The notes under the pieces are model-generated. The model ran no database searches, was not told where the DNA came from, and was given only the letters and a program-made list of their open reading frames with translations. Shown here piece after piece: positions 19,312 to 31,744 of a stretch of DNA of 64,000 nt. A program made the translations under genes and the position numbers. This stretch comes from an uncultured Chloroflexia bacterium (GTDB lineage Bacteria > Chloroflexota > Limnocylindria > Limnocylindrales > CSP1-4): positions 2,071,544-2,135,543 of the forward strand of contig CAVUWY010000002.1 in the NCBI GenBank assembly GCA_963745405.1, read 5' to 3'. The first letter of the stretch is position 1; each line of letters begins with the position of its first letter.

Positions 19312-20198
19312 TGGATCACGCCGACGTCCGCGAGGTCCTCGAAGTCGCCGCGGCCGAGCCCGGCGGCCTCGACCGGCTCATGGCCGGCGACACGATCGAA
19401 GCCGGTGCGGTCGCTGCCCACCTGGCCGGCTGCCCCGACTGCACGGCCGAACTCGGCCGGCTGCGGCTGACGGCCGCCATCCTCCGCGACGTCGTCCCGA
19501 CCGAGGCACCCGTCGAGCTGCCACCCGACCTGCGCGAGCGGACGCTCGCCTATGTGCGCGAGCTCGGCGTGCCTCGCCCGGCAGTCGCCGCGGTCGGCGC
19601 CGGCGACGTCATCGCCTTCCCGGTCGGCGAGCGCACCGCGGCCCCGGCAGCCCAGCTGGCCCCCGTCGCCGCTCCGGTGGTCGCCCCGACGGCCGTTCCC
19701 GACGCCGGCGCTCGACGCGGGACCTTCCTTCGGCCGGCCGTCTGGGTCGCCTCGATCGCGGCGGCGGTCATCCTCTCCGTCGTCGGCACCACGATGCTCT
19801 TCAACAGCCGTGCCGACGACCAGCAGTCGCTCCAGAAGGTCGCCAGCTGGAGCATCGACATCGCCGCCGCGCCGGATGCTCAGCATGTCGCCCTGAGTGA
19901 CCCGAGTGGCGGGGCGGCCGCCGGGACGCTGTCGTTCTCGGCCACCGACGGCGGCCTGGCGGTCGTCGCCGACCAGCTCGCGCCGGCGCCCGCCGGGCAC
20001 GAGTACCGCTGCTGGTTCGAGACGTCCGCCGGACGGACGAAGGTCGGCAAGATGTTCTTCTCGGGCGATATCGCCTACTGGGTCGGCGACGTCGAAGGAC
20101 TCGCCACGGCGACCCCCGGGACGAAGTTCGGGGTCTCGCTCGAGGACGCCGGCGGCAGCGGGATCGGCGGGGACCCCGTGCTCATCGGAACGCTGTGA
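19311..20198 (+). CDS. anti-sigma factor (RskA / zinc-dependent anti-sigma-like) with a membrane anchor
   Basis: Start overlaps the sigma stop. HLAGCPDCTAELGRL is an H-x3-C-x2-C anti-sigma motif. There is a TM helix (AVWVASIAAAVILSVVGTTMLF) and an extracytoplasmic domain. Confidence 0.7.
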   Translation: MDHADVREVLEVAAAEPGGLDRLMAGDTIEAGAVAAHLAGCPDCTAELGRLRLTAAILRDVVPTEAPVELPPDLRERTLAYVRELGVPRPAVAAVGAGDVIAFPVGERTAAPAAQLAPVAAPVVAPTAVPDAGARRGTFLRPAVWVASIAAAVILSVVGTTMLFNSRADDQQSLQKVASWSIDIAAAPDAQHVALSDPSGGAAAGTLSFSATDGGLAVVADQLAPAPAGHEYRCWFETSAGRTKVGKMFFSGDIAYWVGDVEGLATATPGTKFGVSLEDAGGSGIGGDPVLIGTL

Positions 20199-20202
20199 CC
20201 CG

Positions 20203-20935
20203 GTGAACTCGGCCGGACGGGACGGCAGCCGGAGCGGCAACCCGGTCCCGCCCGACGACGTGGCCGCGATGTTCGACGACATCGCCCCCGTCTACGACCG
20301 ACTCAACACCGTCATGACCCTCGGCCTCGATGGTCACTGGCGGCGGCTGGCCGTGGATTTCGACCGGGCTCGCCGACGGCGAGGCCGTGATCGATGTCGC
20401 GTGTGGGACCGGCAAGCTCGCCGGGCTCCTCGCCGGCCGGGTCGGGCCGTTCGGGCGGGTGCTGGCCGTCGACCTGTCGCCGGCGATGGTCGCGGCCGCC
20501 CGGGCCCAGCACGGCGATCTCGTCCAGCTCGAGTTCCGGGTCGGCGACGCCCTGGCCCTGCCGGGTCCCGACGACGCCTTCGACGCCGCGACGATCGCCT
20601 TCGGGTTGCGCAACCTGGCCGACTTCGAGGCGGGCCTCCGGGAGCTGGCGAGGGTCGTCCGACCGGGCGGACGGGTCGTCTGCCTCGAGCTCTCCGTCCC
20701 GCGGCCACGCGTCTGGGGACGGTTCTTCCTCGCCTCGTTCCGACGGGTCGCCCCGCTCATCGGGGCGGCGTTCGGGCAGCGCGACGCCTATCGCTACCTT
20801 CCCTCGTCGCTCGACGGGTTCCCCGACGCGGACGAGATCGCCCGGACGATGCGGCGGGCCGGGCTCGTCGACGTCGGCTATCGGCGGCTGGCCCTCGGGG
20901 CGGTCGCCCTCCACCGGGGGTCCGTGCCGGGCTAG
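20203..20935 (+). CDS. ubiE: demethylmenaquinone/ubiquinone C-methyltransferase (UbiE/MenG family), with a frameshift near 20357
   Basis: N-terminus AAMFDDIAPVYDRLNTVMTLGLDGHWRRLAV. It continues in another frame as TGLADGEAVIDVACGTGKLA... (SAM-binding motif I) ...VVCLELSVPRP...AYRYLPSSLDGFP. Confidence 0.75.
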
Positions 20936-20943
20936 TCGGTCGG

Positions 20944-21360
20944 TCAGGCCGGCGGGCGACTCGGCGGGTCCGTCGGTGAGTCGGCGGTCAAGGGCACCGT
21001 CGGTGGGTCCGCCGCCGGGACCGCAGCGGGGACGGCGCCTGCGTCGGCTGTCTCGCGCTCGGCGGCGGCCAGATCCTCGGGCGTGGGCCACGACGGATCG
21101 CCGGCATCCCAGATCGAGACCGTCGACGGGGCATTGGCGAGATACGTCCGGTGGAGGCGGAGGACCTCCTGCACGGCGTCCGAGTCGGCGTCCATCCCGC
21201 GGGCCGCCAGGTTGGCGACGATCCAGTCGGCCTCGGCCGCCCGTTCGTCTCGTGACAGGTCGTCGTCGCGACGCCGGACCTCGGCCAGGACGAGCCAGGT
21301 GAGTCCCGCTCCGATGACGAGGCCGACGAGGAGCAGCCACCAGTCGAACTGGACGTTCAT
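20944..21360 (-). CDS. hypothetical membrane-anchored protein
   Basis: MNVQFDWWLLLVGLVIGAGLTWLVLAEV is an N-terminal TM helix. The C-terminus is Asp/Pro-rich and low complexity. Confidence 0.45.
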   Translation of the reverse strand: MNVQFDWWLLLVGLVIGAGLTWLVLAEVRRRDDDLSRDERAAEADWIVANLAARGMDADSDAVQEVLRLHRTYLANAPSTVSIWDAGDPSWPTPEDLAAAERETADAGAVPAAVPAADPPTVPLTADSPTDPPSRPPA

Positions 21361-21544
21361 CGATCGGCGCGGACGGTCACGGCTGTCCGGCGACCGGACC
21401 GCGGTCGAGGGGATCCATGCGTCGGCCAGTATAGGGAGCACCGGCTTCGGGCGACGCGGACGGACATCCCGGCGGGGAGACGACACTGCGCCGTCGGCCG
21501 CACCGGACGCGGCCGACCGACCCCGCCCGGTACACTCGGCCGGC

Positions 21545-22603
<1,059 letters not shown>

Positions 22604-22604
22604 C

Positions 22605-23531
22605 GTGACCGCGGTCGAGTCGGGCGATCCCGGACAGCCCGCCCCACCCGCTCGTCGGCCCCGGCCCCAGGAGGCCCGGCTCGCGCCCGAGGCGATCGCG
22701 GCTGCCCGCGGCGACGCCCGCGAGGGCCTCGACTGGCTCGGCCGGCAGCCCGAGACCAAGGCGTCGCTCCTCTATCGATCGCTCCGGTTGCTCGCCCGGG
22801 CGGTCTTCTTCGGCATATTCCGGTTCCGCGTCGAGACGTCGGGCCGGGAGCACGTCCCGACCTCCGGCGGGTATCTCCTCGTGGCGGCCGTCCATCGCGG
22901 CTGGATGGACCCGTTCCTCGTCCAGCACGCCCTGCCGATCGAGCCGCGGGTCTGGTTCCTCGGCTCCGGGCCGACGGCCTTCAGCAGCCGCTGGCGGGAG
23001 GCGCTCCTCCATCGCGTCGGCGGGATGCTGCCGGTCTGGCGCGGCGGCGTCGGGATCGACCAGCACGTCGCCTCGGCCGAGGCCGTCCTCGCGGCAGGCG
23101 GTGTGTTCGTCCTCATGCCCGAGGGCGGTATCCCCGGCCCACCCGACCGCCTCGCGCCGTTCCGCTTCGGCTCGGCGCTGATCGCCATACGGACCGGCGC
23201 GCCGATCGTGCCGCTCGCGATCGTCGGGTCCAAGGAGCTGTACCTCGGCCGGCGGATGGCGACCCGGATCCTGCCGCCGACCTCGGCGGCTGCACTGCTC
23301 GGGGGCGCACTCGGGGCTGGTTCCGGCCCGGCCCCGGAGCGCGGTTCGCGGGCCGAGCTCGACCTCGCCCATCGGCTGACCGAGCGGCTGGCCGCCCTCC
23401 TCGAACCGGCGGTGACGGAGCTCTATCCGCGGACGGTCGATCCGCCCGACCGCGCGCGACGGTTCCGCGGCCTGACCTGGCTCTTCATCGCCCGGCCGAA
23501 GGCCTCGCGCGATGGGGAGAAGACCCCTTGA
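22605..23531 (+). CDS. 1-acyl-sn-glycerol-3-phosphate acyltransferase family (PlsC-like lysophospholipid acyltransferase)
   Basis: HRGWMDP (HX4D acyltransferase motif) and PEGG (VFVLMPEGGI). Confidence 0.8.
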   Translation: MTAVESGDPGQPAPPARRPRPQEARLAPEAIAAARGDAREGLDWLGRQPETKASLLYRSLRLLARAVFFGIFRFRVETSGREHVPTSGGYLLVAAVHRGWMDPFLVQHALPIEPRVWFLGSGPTAFSSRWREALLHRVGGMLPVWRGGVGIDQHVASAEAVLAAGGVFVLMPEGGIPGPPDRLAPFRFGSALIAIRTGAPIVPLAIVGSKELYLGRRMATRILPPTSAAALLGGALGAGSGPAPERGSRAELDLAHRLTERLAALLEPAVTELYPRTVDPPDRARRFRGLTWLFIARPKASRDGEKTP

Positions 23532-24163
23532 CCGAAGACGCCGTGACCGAAGACGCCGTGACCGAAGACGCCGTGACCGAGGGAGGCTCCGCGCCGGGTG
23601 AGCGGCCTGTCGGCGCGCGGATCTTCGCGCCGCCCGATCCACCCCTCGCCGTCGGGAGCATCCGCCTCCGACTGCCGGAGATAAGGGACGAGGACGCGAT
23701 CTTCGCCGCCTGCCAGGACCCCGACATCCAGCGCTGGGCGGCGACTCCCGTTCCGTACCGCCGCGAGCACGCCCAGGGCTGGATCGAGGGAGCCGTGCCC
23801 GAATGGACCGAGGCTCGCCATGGGGCGCTCGCCATAACCGACGCGACGGACGACCGGTTCCTCGGGGCGATCGGCCTGAGCCCGCAGGAGCCGCACCGGG
23901 TCGAGATCGGCTTCTGGATGGTGCCCGCCGAACGCGGCCGCGGCATCGCCACCGAGGCGACGAGACTGGTCGGCCGCTGGGCCCTGAAAGACCTCGGCTT
24001 CCATCGGCTCGAGCTCCTGCACCTTATCGGCAACGAGGGCTCACGGCGGGTCGCCGAGAAGGTCGGGTTCCGTCGGGAGGGCACCCTCCGCGACTATGCG
24101 GTCGTCCGGGACGAGCCTCGCGACGTCGTCATGTGGGCGCTCCTCGCCTCCGACCTCGACTGA
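23528..24163 (+). CDS. GNAT family N-acetyltransferase (RimJ/RimL-like). The N-terminus contains 3 tandem copies of TEDAV encoded by a 15-nt DNA repeat.
   Basis: LELLHLIGNEGSRRVAEKVGFRREGTLRDYAVV. The TTG start is uncertain because of the repeat. Confidence 0.7.
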   Translation: MTEDAVTEDAVTEDAVTEGGSAPGERPVGARIFAPPDPPLAVGSIRLRLPEIRDEDAIFAACQDPDIQRWAATPVPYRREHAQGWIEGAVPEWTEARHGALAITDATDDRFLGAIGLSPQEPHRVEIGFWMVPAERGRGIATEATRLVGRWALKDLGFHRLELLHLIGNEGSRRVAEKVGFRREGTLRDYAVVRDEPRDVVMWALLASDLD

Positions 24164-24164
24164 C

Positions 24165-24292
24165 CGCGGTCACCCTCGGCGGCCCCGGTCACCCTCGGCG
24201 GCCCCGGTCACCCTCGGCGGCCCCGGTCACCCTCGGCGCCCGGTCACCCTCGGCGGCCCTGGTCACCCTCGGCCGCTTCGCCCCGGGGTATC
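24165..24292. repeat. tandem repeat, about 6 copies of a 19-20 nt unit (CCGGTCACCCTCGGCGGCC), in the intergenic region immediately upstream of cbs
   Basis: Read directly from the sequence. Copies are contiguous and slightly degenerate. Confidence 0.85.
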
Positions 24293-24301
24293 CTCGGCCG
24301 G

Positions 24302-25724
24302 ATGCAGTACGCCGAGTCGATCATCGACCTCGTCGGGAATACGCCCCTCGTCCGCCTGAGCCGGGTCACCCGCGATCTCGGGCCGGCGGCTCGCCAGCCC
24401 CTCGTCCTGGCCAAGCTCGAGATGCTCAACCCGGGCGGCTCGGTGAAGGACCGCATCGGGCTGCCGATGATCGAGGCGGCCGAACGGGCGGGCCTGCTCA
24501 AGCCGGGCGGCACGATCATCGAGCCGACGAGCGGCAACACCGGCCACGGCCTCGCCATCGCGGCCGCCCTGAAGGGTTACCGCTGCATCTTCGTCATGGC
24601 CGACAAGCAGTCGACCGAGAAGCAGCAGCTCCTTCGCGCCTACGGAGCCGAGGTCGTCCTCTGCCCGACCAACGTCCCCCCGGAATCGCCGGAGAGCTAC
24701 TACTCGGTGGCCGCCCGACTCGCCCGCGACATCCCCGGCGCCTTCAAGCCCGACCAGTACTGGAACCAGGAGAACCCGGACGCCCACGAGCGGACGACCG
24801 GCCCCGAGATCTGGGACCAGACCGACGGGCGAGTGACCCATTTCGTCGCCAGCGTCGGGACCGGCGGCACCATCACCGGCGCGGCCCGCTACCTCAAGGC
24901 GCAACGACCCGACATCGTCGTGGTCGGCGCGGATCCGGAGGGCAGCGTGCTGTCGGGTGACACCGCTCGCCCCTACCTCACGGAGGGCGTCGGCGAGGAC
25001 TTCCTGCCCGGCACGTACGACCCGGCGACCGTCGATCGTTGGGTCCGGGTGAGCGACCGCGACGCATTCGCTGCCGCTCGTCGGCTCACCCGCGAGGAGG
25101 GGATCCTGTCCGGCGAGTCGTGCGGGACGGCCCTCGTCGCCGCGCTCGAGGTGGCCGCCGAGCTGACCGCGGCCGGCGCCGGCCCGGATGCGGTCATGGT
25201 CGTGCTGCTCCCCGACGGCGGCCGCTCGTACATCTCGAAGCTCTACAACGACGAGTGGATGCGGTCCAACGGCCTTCTCGCGACGACCGGAGCGATCGTC
25301 CGGGTCGGCGACCTGCTCACCGACCGCCACCACGGCGCCGACGCTGCCCGACCTCGTCCTGGCCCGGACGACCCAGCGGGTCGGCGACGCCATCGCCCTG
25401 CTCCAGGAGTTCGGTATCAGCCAGCTGCCGGTCTCGGAGGACGTCGACGGCGACGCGATCGCCGGGCTCGTCGGCTCGATCTCCGAGAAGGGTCTCCTCG
25501 ACCGGGCGTTCCGCGACCCGTCGGTCGTCGAGCGGACCGTCGGCGAGGTCATGGACCACCCGCTGCCGTTCGTCGACGTGTCGGCTTCGCTCGACGACGC
25601 GTTCGCCCTCCTGTCCGACGGCGCCAACGCGGTCATCGCCGTCCGGGCCGAGCGCCCGGCCGGCGTCGTGACCAAGCTCGACATCCTCGAGTTCCTCGCC
25701 CACCGGCCGCAGCCGCACGCCTGA
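24302..25724 (+). CDS. cbs: cystathionine beta-synthase (PLP domain plus C-terminal CBS pair), with a frameshift near 25335
   Basis: PLP motif MLNPGGSVKDRIG. The C-terminal CBS pair is recovered in another frame (...LPDLVLARTTQRVGDAIALLQEFGISQLPV...). Confidence 0.8.
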
Positions 25725-26105
25725 TTGCGGCGCCCCGGTGCCGGCGCCTCGGGCGGTGGCGGCCGACGTTCCTTGGCGGCGCCTCGGGCGCTGCATTCCG
25801 GCGCCTTGTCACTCCCCATGACGGCCGGGTCGTCATACCCCGGCTAACGCTCACCATCAGGTTGGCGCCGGCGGTCTGACCGGCGGTCTGCGGGCGGTCT
25901 GCGGGCGCGATCGCGTCGTGTCCACGCTCGGTCCGGCAGGCCGGCCGCCCGAGCAGACATCGCTTCAGGTCCTTACCGCCATGTCTATGCAGGGAATGCC
26001 GACCTGGCCGTCATCGCGGACGCGAAGGCCGGTTGGAGCCGCCGCCGGCGCTCGCGACGACGCCAGGCGAGCTGCTACGCCCATGCCGCATGCGATGATG
26101 GCGCC

Positions 26106-26735
26106 ATGGTCCCGGTGATCCGCACGGCGAGGCTCGAGCTCGTCCCGTTCTCGGTCGGGGCGATGCGGGCGACCCTCGAGCGCGACTTGCAGCGAGCCGC
26201 CACGGAGCTTGGCGCGGAGGTGCCGGCCGACCTCTACGAGCGGCTCGGCGGGTTGTTCATGCTGAGGACCGCCCAGCTCGAGGTCGATCCGGCAGGGGCC
26301 GACTGGCTGGCCCGGGCGATGGTGATCGAGGAGCGCATCCCGGTCAGCCTGGCCGGCGTCTACCGCCCGGGACTCGCGACCGACACGACCCCTCCGATCC
26401 GCCGCCGGATGATCGGCTCGATCGGGTTCCACTCCGCACCGGTCGACGGGGTCGTTGAGATCGGGTATCACGTCGAGCCGGGCTGGCGCCGCGAAGGCTA
26501 CGCGACGGAGGCCGTCGCAGCGATGCTCGACTGGGCCGCCGACCAGGGAGTCCACCGGATCCGGGCCGCGGTCGCCCCGACGAACGATGCCTCGCTCGGG
26601 GTCGTGCGGCACTTCGGGTTCCGGCAGACCGGGTCCCAGTGGGACGAGGAGGATGGCGAGGAGCTCATCTTCATCGTCGATTGGCCGCCGGTCGTCGGCA
26701 TCGTCGAGGAGCCGTCCCGCGAGACGGCGACATGA
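26106..26735 (+). CDS. GNAT family N-acetyltransferase
   Basis: 209 aa. EIGYHVEPGWRREGYATEAVAAMLDWA. Confidence 0.7.
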   Translation: MVPVIRTARLELVPFSVGAMRATLERDLQRAATELGAEVPADLYERLGGLFMLRTAQLEVDPAGADWLARAMVIEERIPVSLAGVYRPGLATDTTPPIRRRMIGSIGFHSAPVDGVVEIGYHVEPGWRREGYATEAVAAMLDWAADQGVHRIRAAVAPTNDASLGVVRHFGFRQTGSQWDEEDGEELIFIVDWPPVVGIVEEPSRETAT

Positions 26736-28014
26736 CCGACCACGACCGTCGACCCTTCTACGAGCGGCACGCCGTCGACGAGGGCTGGCAGCTCGACACG
26801 CTGTCGGTCCACGCCGGTCAGGAGCCCGACGAGGCGACCGGAGCCGTCGCACCACCGATCTACCAGACGAGCACGTACGCCCAGGACGCGCGTCGGGGTC
26901 ACCCGGGCCGGCTACGAGTACGCCCGGACCCAGAACCCGACCCGCGAGCGCCTCGAGCGGGCGGTCGCGACCCTCGAGGGCGCCGAGTACGGCGTCGCCT
27001 TCTCGTCGGGATCGGCAGCGACCGCGGCCATCGCCGAGCTCGTCGGGCCGGGCGAGGAGATCGTCGCCGGCGACGACCTGTACGGCGGGACGTTCCGCTA
27101 CTTCGACAAGGTCCTCCGGCCGCGGGGGGTCGCGATCCGGTTCGCCGACCTGTGCGTGCGCGATGCGACTCCAGCCGCCGAGCTCGCCGCCCAGCTGGCG
27201 GCCGCCCTCTCGCCGAACACCCGGCTCGTCTGGTTCGAGACCCCGACGAACCCGCTACTGAAGCTCATCGACATCGCCGCCGTCGCGAAGGCGGTCCGCG
27301 GCCATCCCGGCGCCGGCGGCCAGGCGCCGCTCGTCGTCGTCGACAACACGTTCGCCTCGCCGGCCATCCAGCGGCCGATCCACCTCGGTGCCGACATCGT
27401 CTTCCACTCGGCCACGAAGTACCTCGGCGGCCATTCCGACACCGTCAACGGGGTCGCGGTCACGAACCGGCCGGAGGTCGCCGAGCGCCTGCGCTTCCTC
27501 CAGAACGCGATGGGCGCGGTGCCCGGACCGTTCGACTGCTTCCTCGTCCTCCGCGGCCTGCGGACGCTCGCCCTGCGGGCCGATCGGCACGCCGGGAACG
27601 CCGACGCGATCGCCCGATTCCTCGCCGCGCGCGACGACGTCGAGTGGGTCCGCTACCCCGGTCTCGCCGACGGGCCGCACGCCCACCCGCAGGCCGGCCT
27701 CGCCGCCCGCCAGATGCGCAACGGGGGAGGGATGGTCTCGTTCGTACCGCGACCCCAGCCGGCCGCCGCGGGTCGTCCCGCCCGGACCGCCCGCGAGCGT
27801 GCCGACGCGATCTGCGCGTCGCACCCGGCTGTTCACCCTTGCCGAGTCGCTCGGCGGCGTCGAGTCGCTCATCGAGGTCCCATCGACGATGACGCACGCC
27901 TCGGTCGCCGGCTCGGCCCTCGAGGTGCCCGACGCCCTGATCCGCCTCTCCTGCGGGATCGAGTCCGCGGTCGACCTCATCGCCGACCTCCGTCACGCCC
28001 TCGACGAGGCCTGA
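26732..28014 (+). CDS. metB: cystathionine gamma-synthase/lyase family PLP enzyme (MetB-like), with frameshifts near 26890 and 27812
   Basis: ATGA overlap with the upstream gene. ...TRAGYEYARTQNPTRERLE...VFHSATKYLGGHSDTVNG (PLP lysine motif), then in another frame TRLFTLAESLGGVESLIEVPSTMTHASV...LIRLSCGIESAVDLIADL. The cbs-GNAT-metB order resembles mycobacterial Rv1077-Rv1079. Confidence 0.8.
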
Positions 28015-28062
28015 CCGCCCGACGATCGCGACCCTCGTCGGTCGCGGAAGGCGCGTCCGGCG

Positions 28063-31000
28063 GTGTACCCTCGCCATCCATCCACGAGGGAACTGGGCTT
28101 GATCTGCACGAGTTGCGGGACCGAGAACGAACGCGGCCGGAAGTTCTGCCTCGAGTGCGGGGCGAAGCTCGCCAGCGGCTGCCCGACCTGCGGCGCGGCC
28201 AACCCGCCCGGTGCCAAGTTCTGCGGCGAGTGCGGCACGACCCTGACCGCCGACGCGGGCGCGGGCACCGGCGCAGGCGCGACCGCCACCGCCGGCGCAG
28301 CTCCGGCCGCGCCACCCCGATCGCCGAGCGGCGCCTCGTCTCGGTCCTGTTCGCCGACCTCGTCGGCTTCACGCCGCTCGCCGAGGAGCGCGACGCGGAG
28401 GACGTCCGCGAGCTCCTGACCCGCTACTTCGAGCTCGCCCGCGACGTCATCGACCGCTACGGCGGGACGGTCGAGAAGTTCATCGGCGACGCGGTGATGG
28501 CCGTCTGGGGCACGCCGATCGCCCACGAGGACGACGCCGAGCGCGCGGTCCGGGCCGCGCTCGAGCTCGTCGACGCGGTCCGCGGCCTCGGGCCGAGCAT
28601 CGCAGGCCCGCGCCGGCGTCCTGACCGGCGAGGCGGCGGTGACGCATCGGCGCGACGAACCAGGGCATGGTCGCCGGCGACCTCGTCAACACCGCGCGCC
28701 GGCTCCAGTCGGTCGCGCCGCCCGGGCACGGTCCTCGTCGGCGAGGCGACCCACCGCGCGGCGCGCGCGGCGATCGCCTTCGAGGCGGCCGGCGAGCAGA
28801 CGCTCAAGGGCAAGACGCGCCCGGTCCCGGCCTGGCGGGCGCTCCGCGTCGTCGCCGAGCGCGGCGGCCGCGAACCGGAGCGAGGCGCTCGAGGCGCCGT
28901 TCGTCGGCCGCGACGACGAGCTGCGCCTGCTCAAGGACCTCTTCCACGCGACGAGCCGCGAGCAGCGGGCCCGCCTCGTCTCGGTCATCGGCCCGGCCGG
29001 CATCGGCAAGAGCCGCCTCGCCTGGGAGTTCCTCAAGTACGTCGACGGCCTCGCCGAGACGATCTGGTGGCACCACGGCCGCCCCCCGCCTACGGCGAGG
29101 GCATCACGTTCTGGGCGCTCGGCGAGATGGTCCGCGAGCGCGCCGGCCTCGCCGAGACCGACGACGAGGCGACGACCCGGCGCCGCAGGTCGCGAGGCCG
29201 GTCGACGAGCACGTCCCCGACGAGGCGGAGCGGCGCTGGATCGAGCCGGCCCTCGCTCGCTCGCTGCTCGGCGTCGGACGACGGCGCCGGCCGGCGGCCG
29301 CGAGGAGCTGTTCGCCGCCTGGCGGACGTTCTTCGAGCGGATCGCCGCGCACGGGCACGGTCGTGCTGGTCTTCGAGGACCTCCACTGGGCCGACACCGG
29401 CCTGCTCGACTTCATCGACCACCTGCTCGAGTGGTCGCGCGAGCCTGCCGATCTTCGTCGTCACCCTCGCCCGGCCGGAGCTCCTCGAGCGGCGGCCCGA
29501 CTGGGGCGCCGGGCAAGCGCAACTTCACGAGCTCTCAGCCTCGAGCCGCTCGCCGACGACGGCGATGCGCGAGCTCCTGGCCGGCCTCGTGCCGGGCCTG
29601 CCCGAGCACGCCGTCCGCGCGATCGTCGCGCGCGCCGACGGCATCCCGCTGTACGCCGTCGAGACCGTCCGGATGCTCGCTCGCCGAGGGCCGGCTCGCG
29701 CGAGCGAGGACGGCGCGTATCGGCCGGTCGGCGACCTCGACGAGCCTCGCCGTCCCGGAGACGCTCCACGGCGCTCATCGCGGCCCGCCTCGACGCGCTC
29801 GACCCGGCCGACCGGTCGCTGCTCCAGGACGCCGCCGTCCTCGGCCAGAGCTTCACGCGCGGCCGGCGCTGGCGGCGGTGACCGGCCTCGACCAGGCGGA
29901 GCTCGAGCCACGCGCTGCGGACGCTCGTCCGCCGCGAGCTGCTCATCGTCGAGACCGATCCGCGCTCGCCCGGAGCGCGGCCAGTACGCGTTCGTCCAGG
30001 CGCTCATCCGCGAGGTCGCCTACAACACGCTCGCGCAGGCGGACCGGAAGAGCCCGCCACCTCGCGGCGGCCCGCTACTTCGAGGCGCTCGGCGAGGACG
30101 AGCTCGCCGGGCGCGCTCGCGGCACACTACCTCGCCGCCTATCGCGAACTCGCCCGAGGGTCCCGAGGCGGACGCCCTCGCCGGCCAGGCGCGGATCGCC
30201 CTCAAGGGCGCCGCCGACCGGGCGGCCTCGCTCGGCTCGAACCGCCAGGCGCTCGGGTTCCTCCGCCAGGCGCTCGAGATCAGCGACGACGAGGCGGAAC
30301 GGATCGCGCTTCTGCGAGCGGGCGGCGAACAGGCCGCAGTCGACGACGCCAGTTCGAGGCGAGCGTCGACTACTCGAGGAGACGATCGCCTGGCACCGCG
30401 CCCACGACGACCTGCGGTCCGTGGCTCGGGCCACGGCGCTTCTCGGATCGACCCTCATCGGGCTGTCCCAACCGATCGCCGCCGCCAAGGTCATCGAGGC
30501 AGGCGAGGCGGAGACCGATACGCTCGTCGATGACGACCCGAGCGTCGTCCGCCTGCTGACCGAGCTGTCGCGCGCATACGCCATCGCCGGTGACCCGCGA
30601 GCGACCGCCACCGCCGATCGCGCTCTCGAGGCGGCCGAACGCCTCGACCTGGTCCCGTCGATCGCCGAGGCGCTGGTCAACCGCGCTCTCGCGCTCGGCT
30701 TCACGGGCCACCACGACGAGACGGTCGCCCTGCTTCGCGGCACCCTCGTCCTCGCCGAGGCGAATGGACTCGGCTCGACCCGGCTCCGCGCCATCAACAA
30801 CCTCTCGGCGACGCTCGAGGACGACGATCCACGTGAGGCGCTCGTGGTGAGCGAGAGGGGGGTCGAGCTCGCGAGGCGTCTCGGCGATCGACGCTGGCTC
30901 ACTTTCCTGCTGCTCGGCATGACCGGCCAGTACATCGGCGTCGGCGACATGGAGCAGGCCCAGCGGAACCTGGCGGAGTTCGAGGGTGTCGATCTGTCGG

Positions 31001-31700
31001 TCCCGGTCCAGGTCGCACTGGCCGAGGCGCTCGCGACCGTCCGGGCGATGCACGGGGAGATCTCCGGGGCCGAGGAGGCGATGGCCGCGGTCGAGCCGCT
31101 GCGCGCCTCGATCGACGACCCGCGTGTCGAGGGCTGGCGCCTCTCGACGACGGCCATCGTCGACCTCATGGCCGGTCGGCTCGAAGACGCCTACGCACAC
31201 GGGATCGCCTGTGCCAGGCGCGGCGAGGATGGCGCCGAGATGGGCGCAGAATTGGCCGGGATGGCCGCCCTCTCGCTCGGCGACGCACCGCGCGCCCGGG
31301 TCGCGCTCGATCTCCACCGGGCACGGAACGAACGAGGGGCGCTCAAGGCCGCCGCTCGCCTTCGACTCGAGGCCGGCTGCCGAGCCCTCGAAGGCGATCG
31401 AGCCGGGGCGTTCACCGCCTTCCGATCGGCTATCTCTGTCTACCGCGACCTCGACCTGCCGATGCAACTCGGGTTCACCCTGCTCGACTTCGCCCTCATC
31501 GGTCGGCCCGACCGGAGCGAAGCCACAGCCGCCGTCGACGAGGCTCGGGCGATCTTCACCCGTGCCGGCTGGCTGCCGCTGCTCGCTCGCCTCGAAGCGG
31601 GAGTCGCCGAGGCCACGGCCGACACGCCGGCACGGACGGCGACGCCGCCGACGCGGAAGGTACGGCCGTGGAGTCGACCGCCGGCTGACGCCCTCGTCGG
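28063..31700 (+). CDS. large signal-transduction protein: N-terminal double zinc-ribbon, class III adenylyl/guanylyl cyclase domain, STAND/AAA NTPase and C-terminal TPR-like repeats. It is interrupted by at least 10 frameshifts in its first about 2.3 kb, so it may be a genuine pseudogene. The 3' end is not resolved.
   Basis: ICTSCGTENERGRKFCLECGAKL / CPTCGAANPPGAKFCGECG zinc ribbons. Cyclase domain RRLVSVLFADLVGFTPLAEE...EKFIGDAVMAVWG. Walker A VIGPAGIGKSRLAWEF. The conserved domains are spread over four reading frames (ORFs 28063.., 27156.., 28667.., 28639..). The domain order matches mycobacterial Rv0386/Rv1358-type proteins, but no LuxR HTH is seen. Confidence 0.65.
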
Positions 31701-31744
31701 GGTCGCTCGCTCGGGGTCGTCGCGTTCGCGGTCTTCGCGCGACG

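Noticed and set aside
24165-24292. Possible CRISPR array
   Set aside because: The repeats are directly contiguous with no spacers, there are only about 6 units of 19-20 nt, and there are no cas genes. It is a simple tandem repeat.
25918-26118. 66-aa ORF between cbs and the GNAT gene
   Set aside because: It has no ribosome-binding site, has low-complexity sequence, and overlaps a short GGCGGTCTG x3 repeat. It is probably a non-coding intergenic region.
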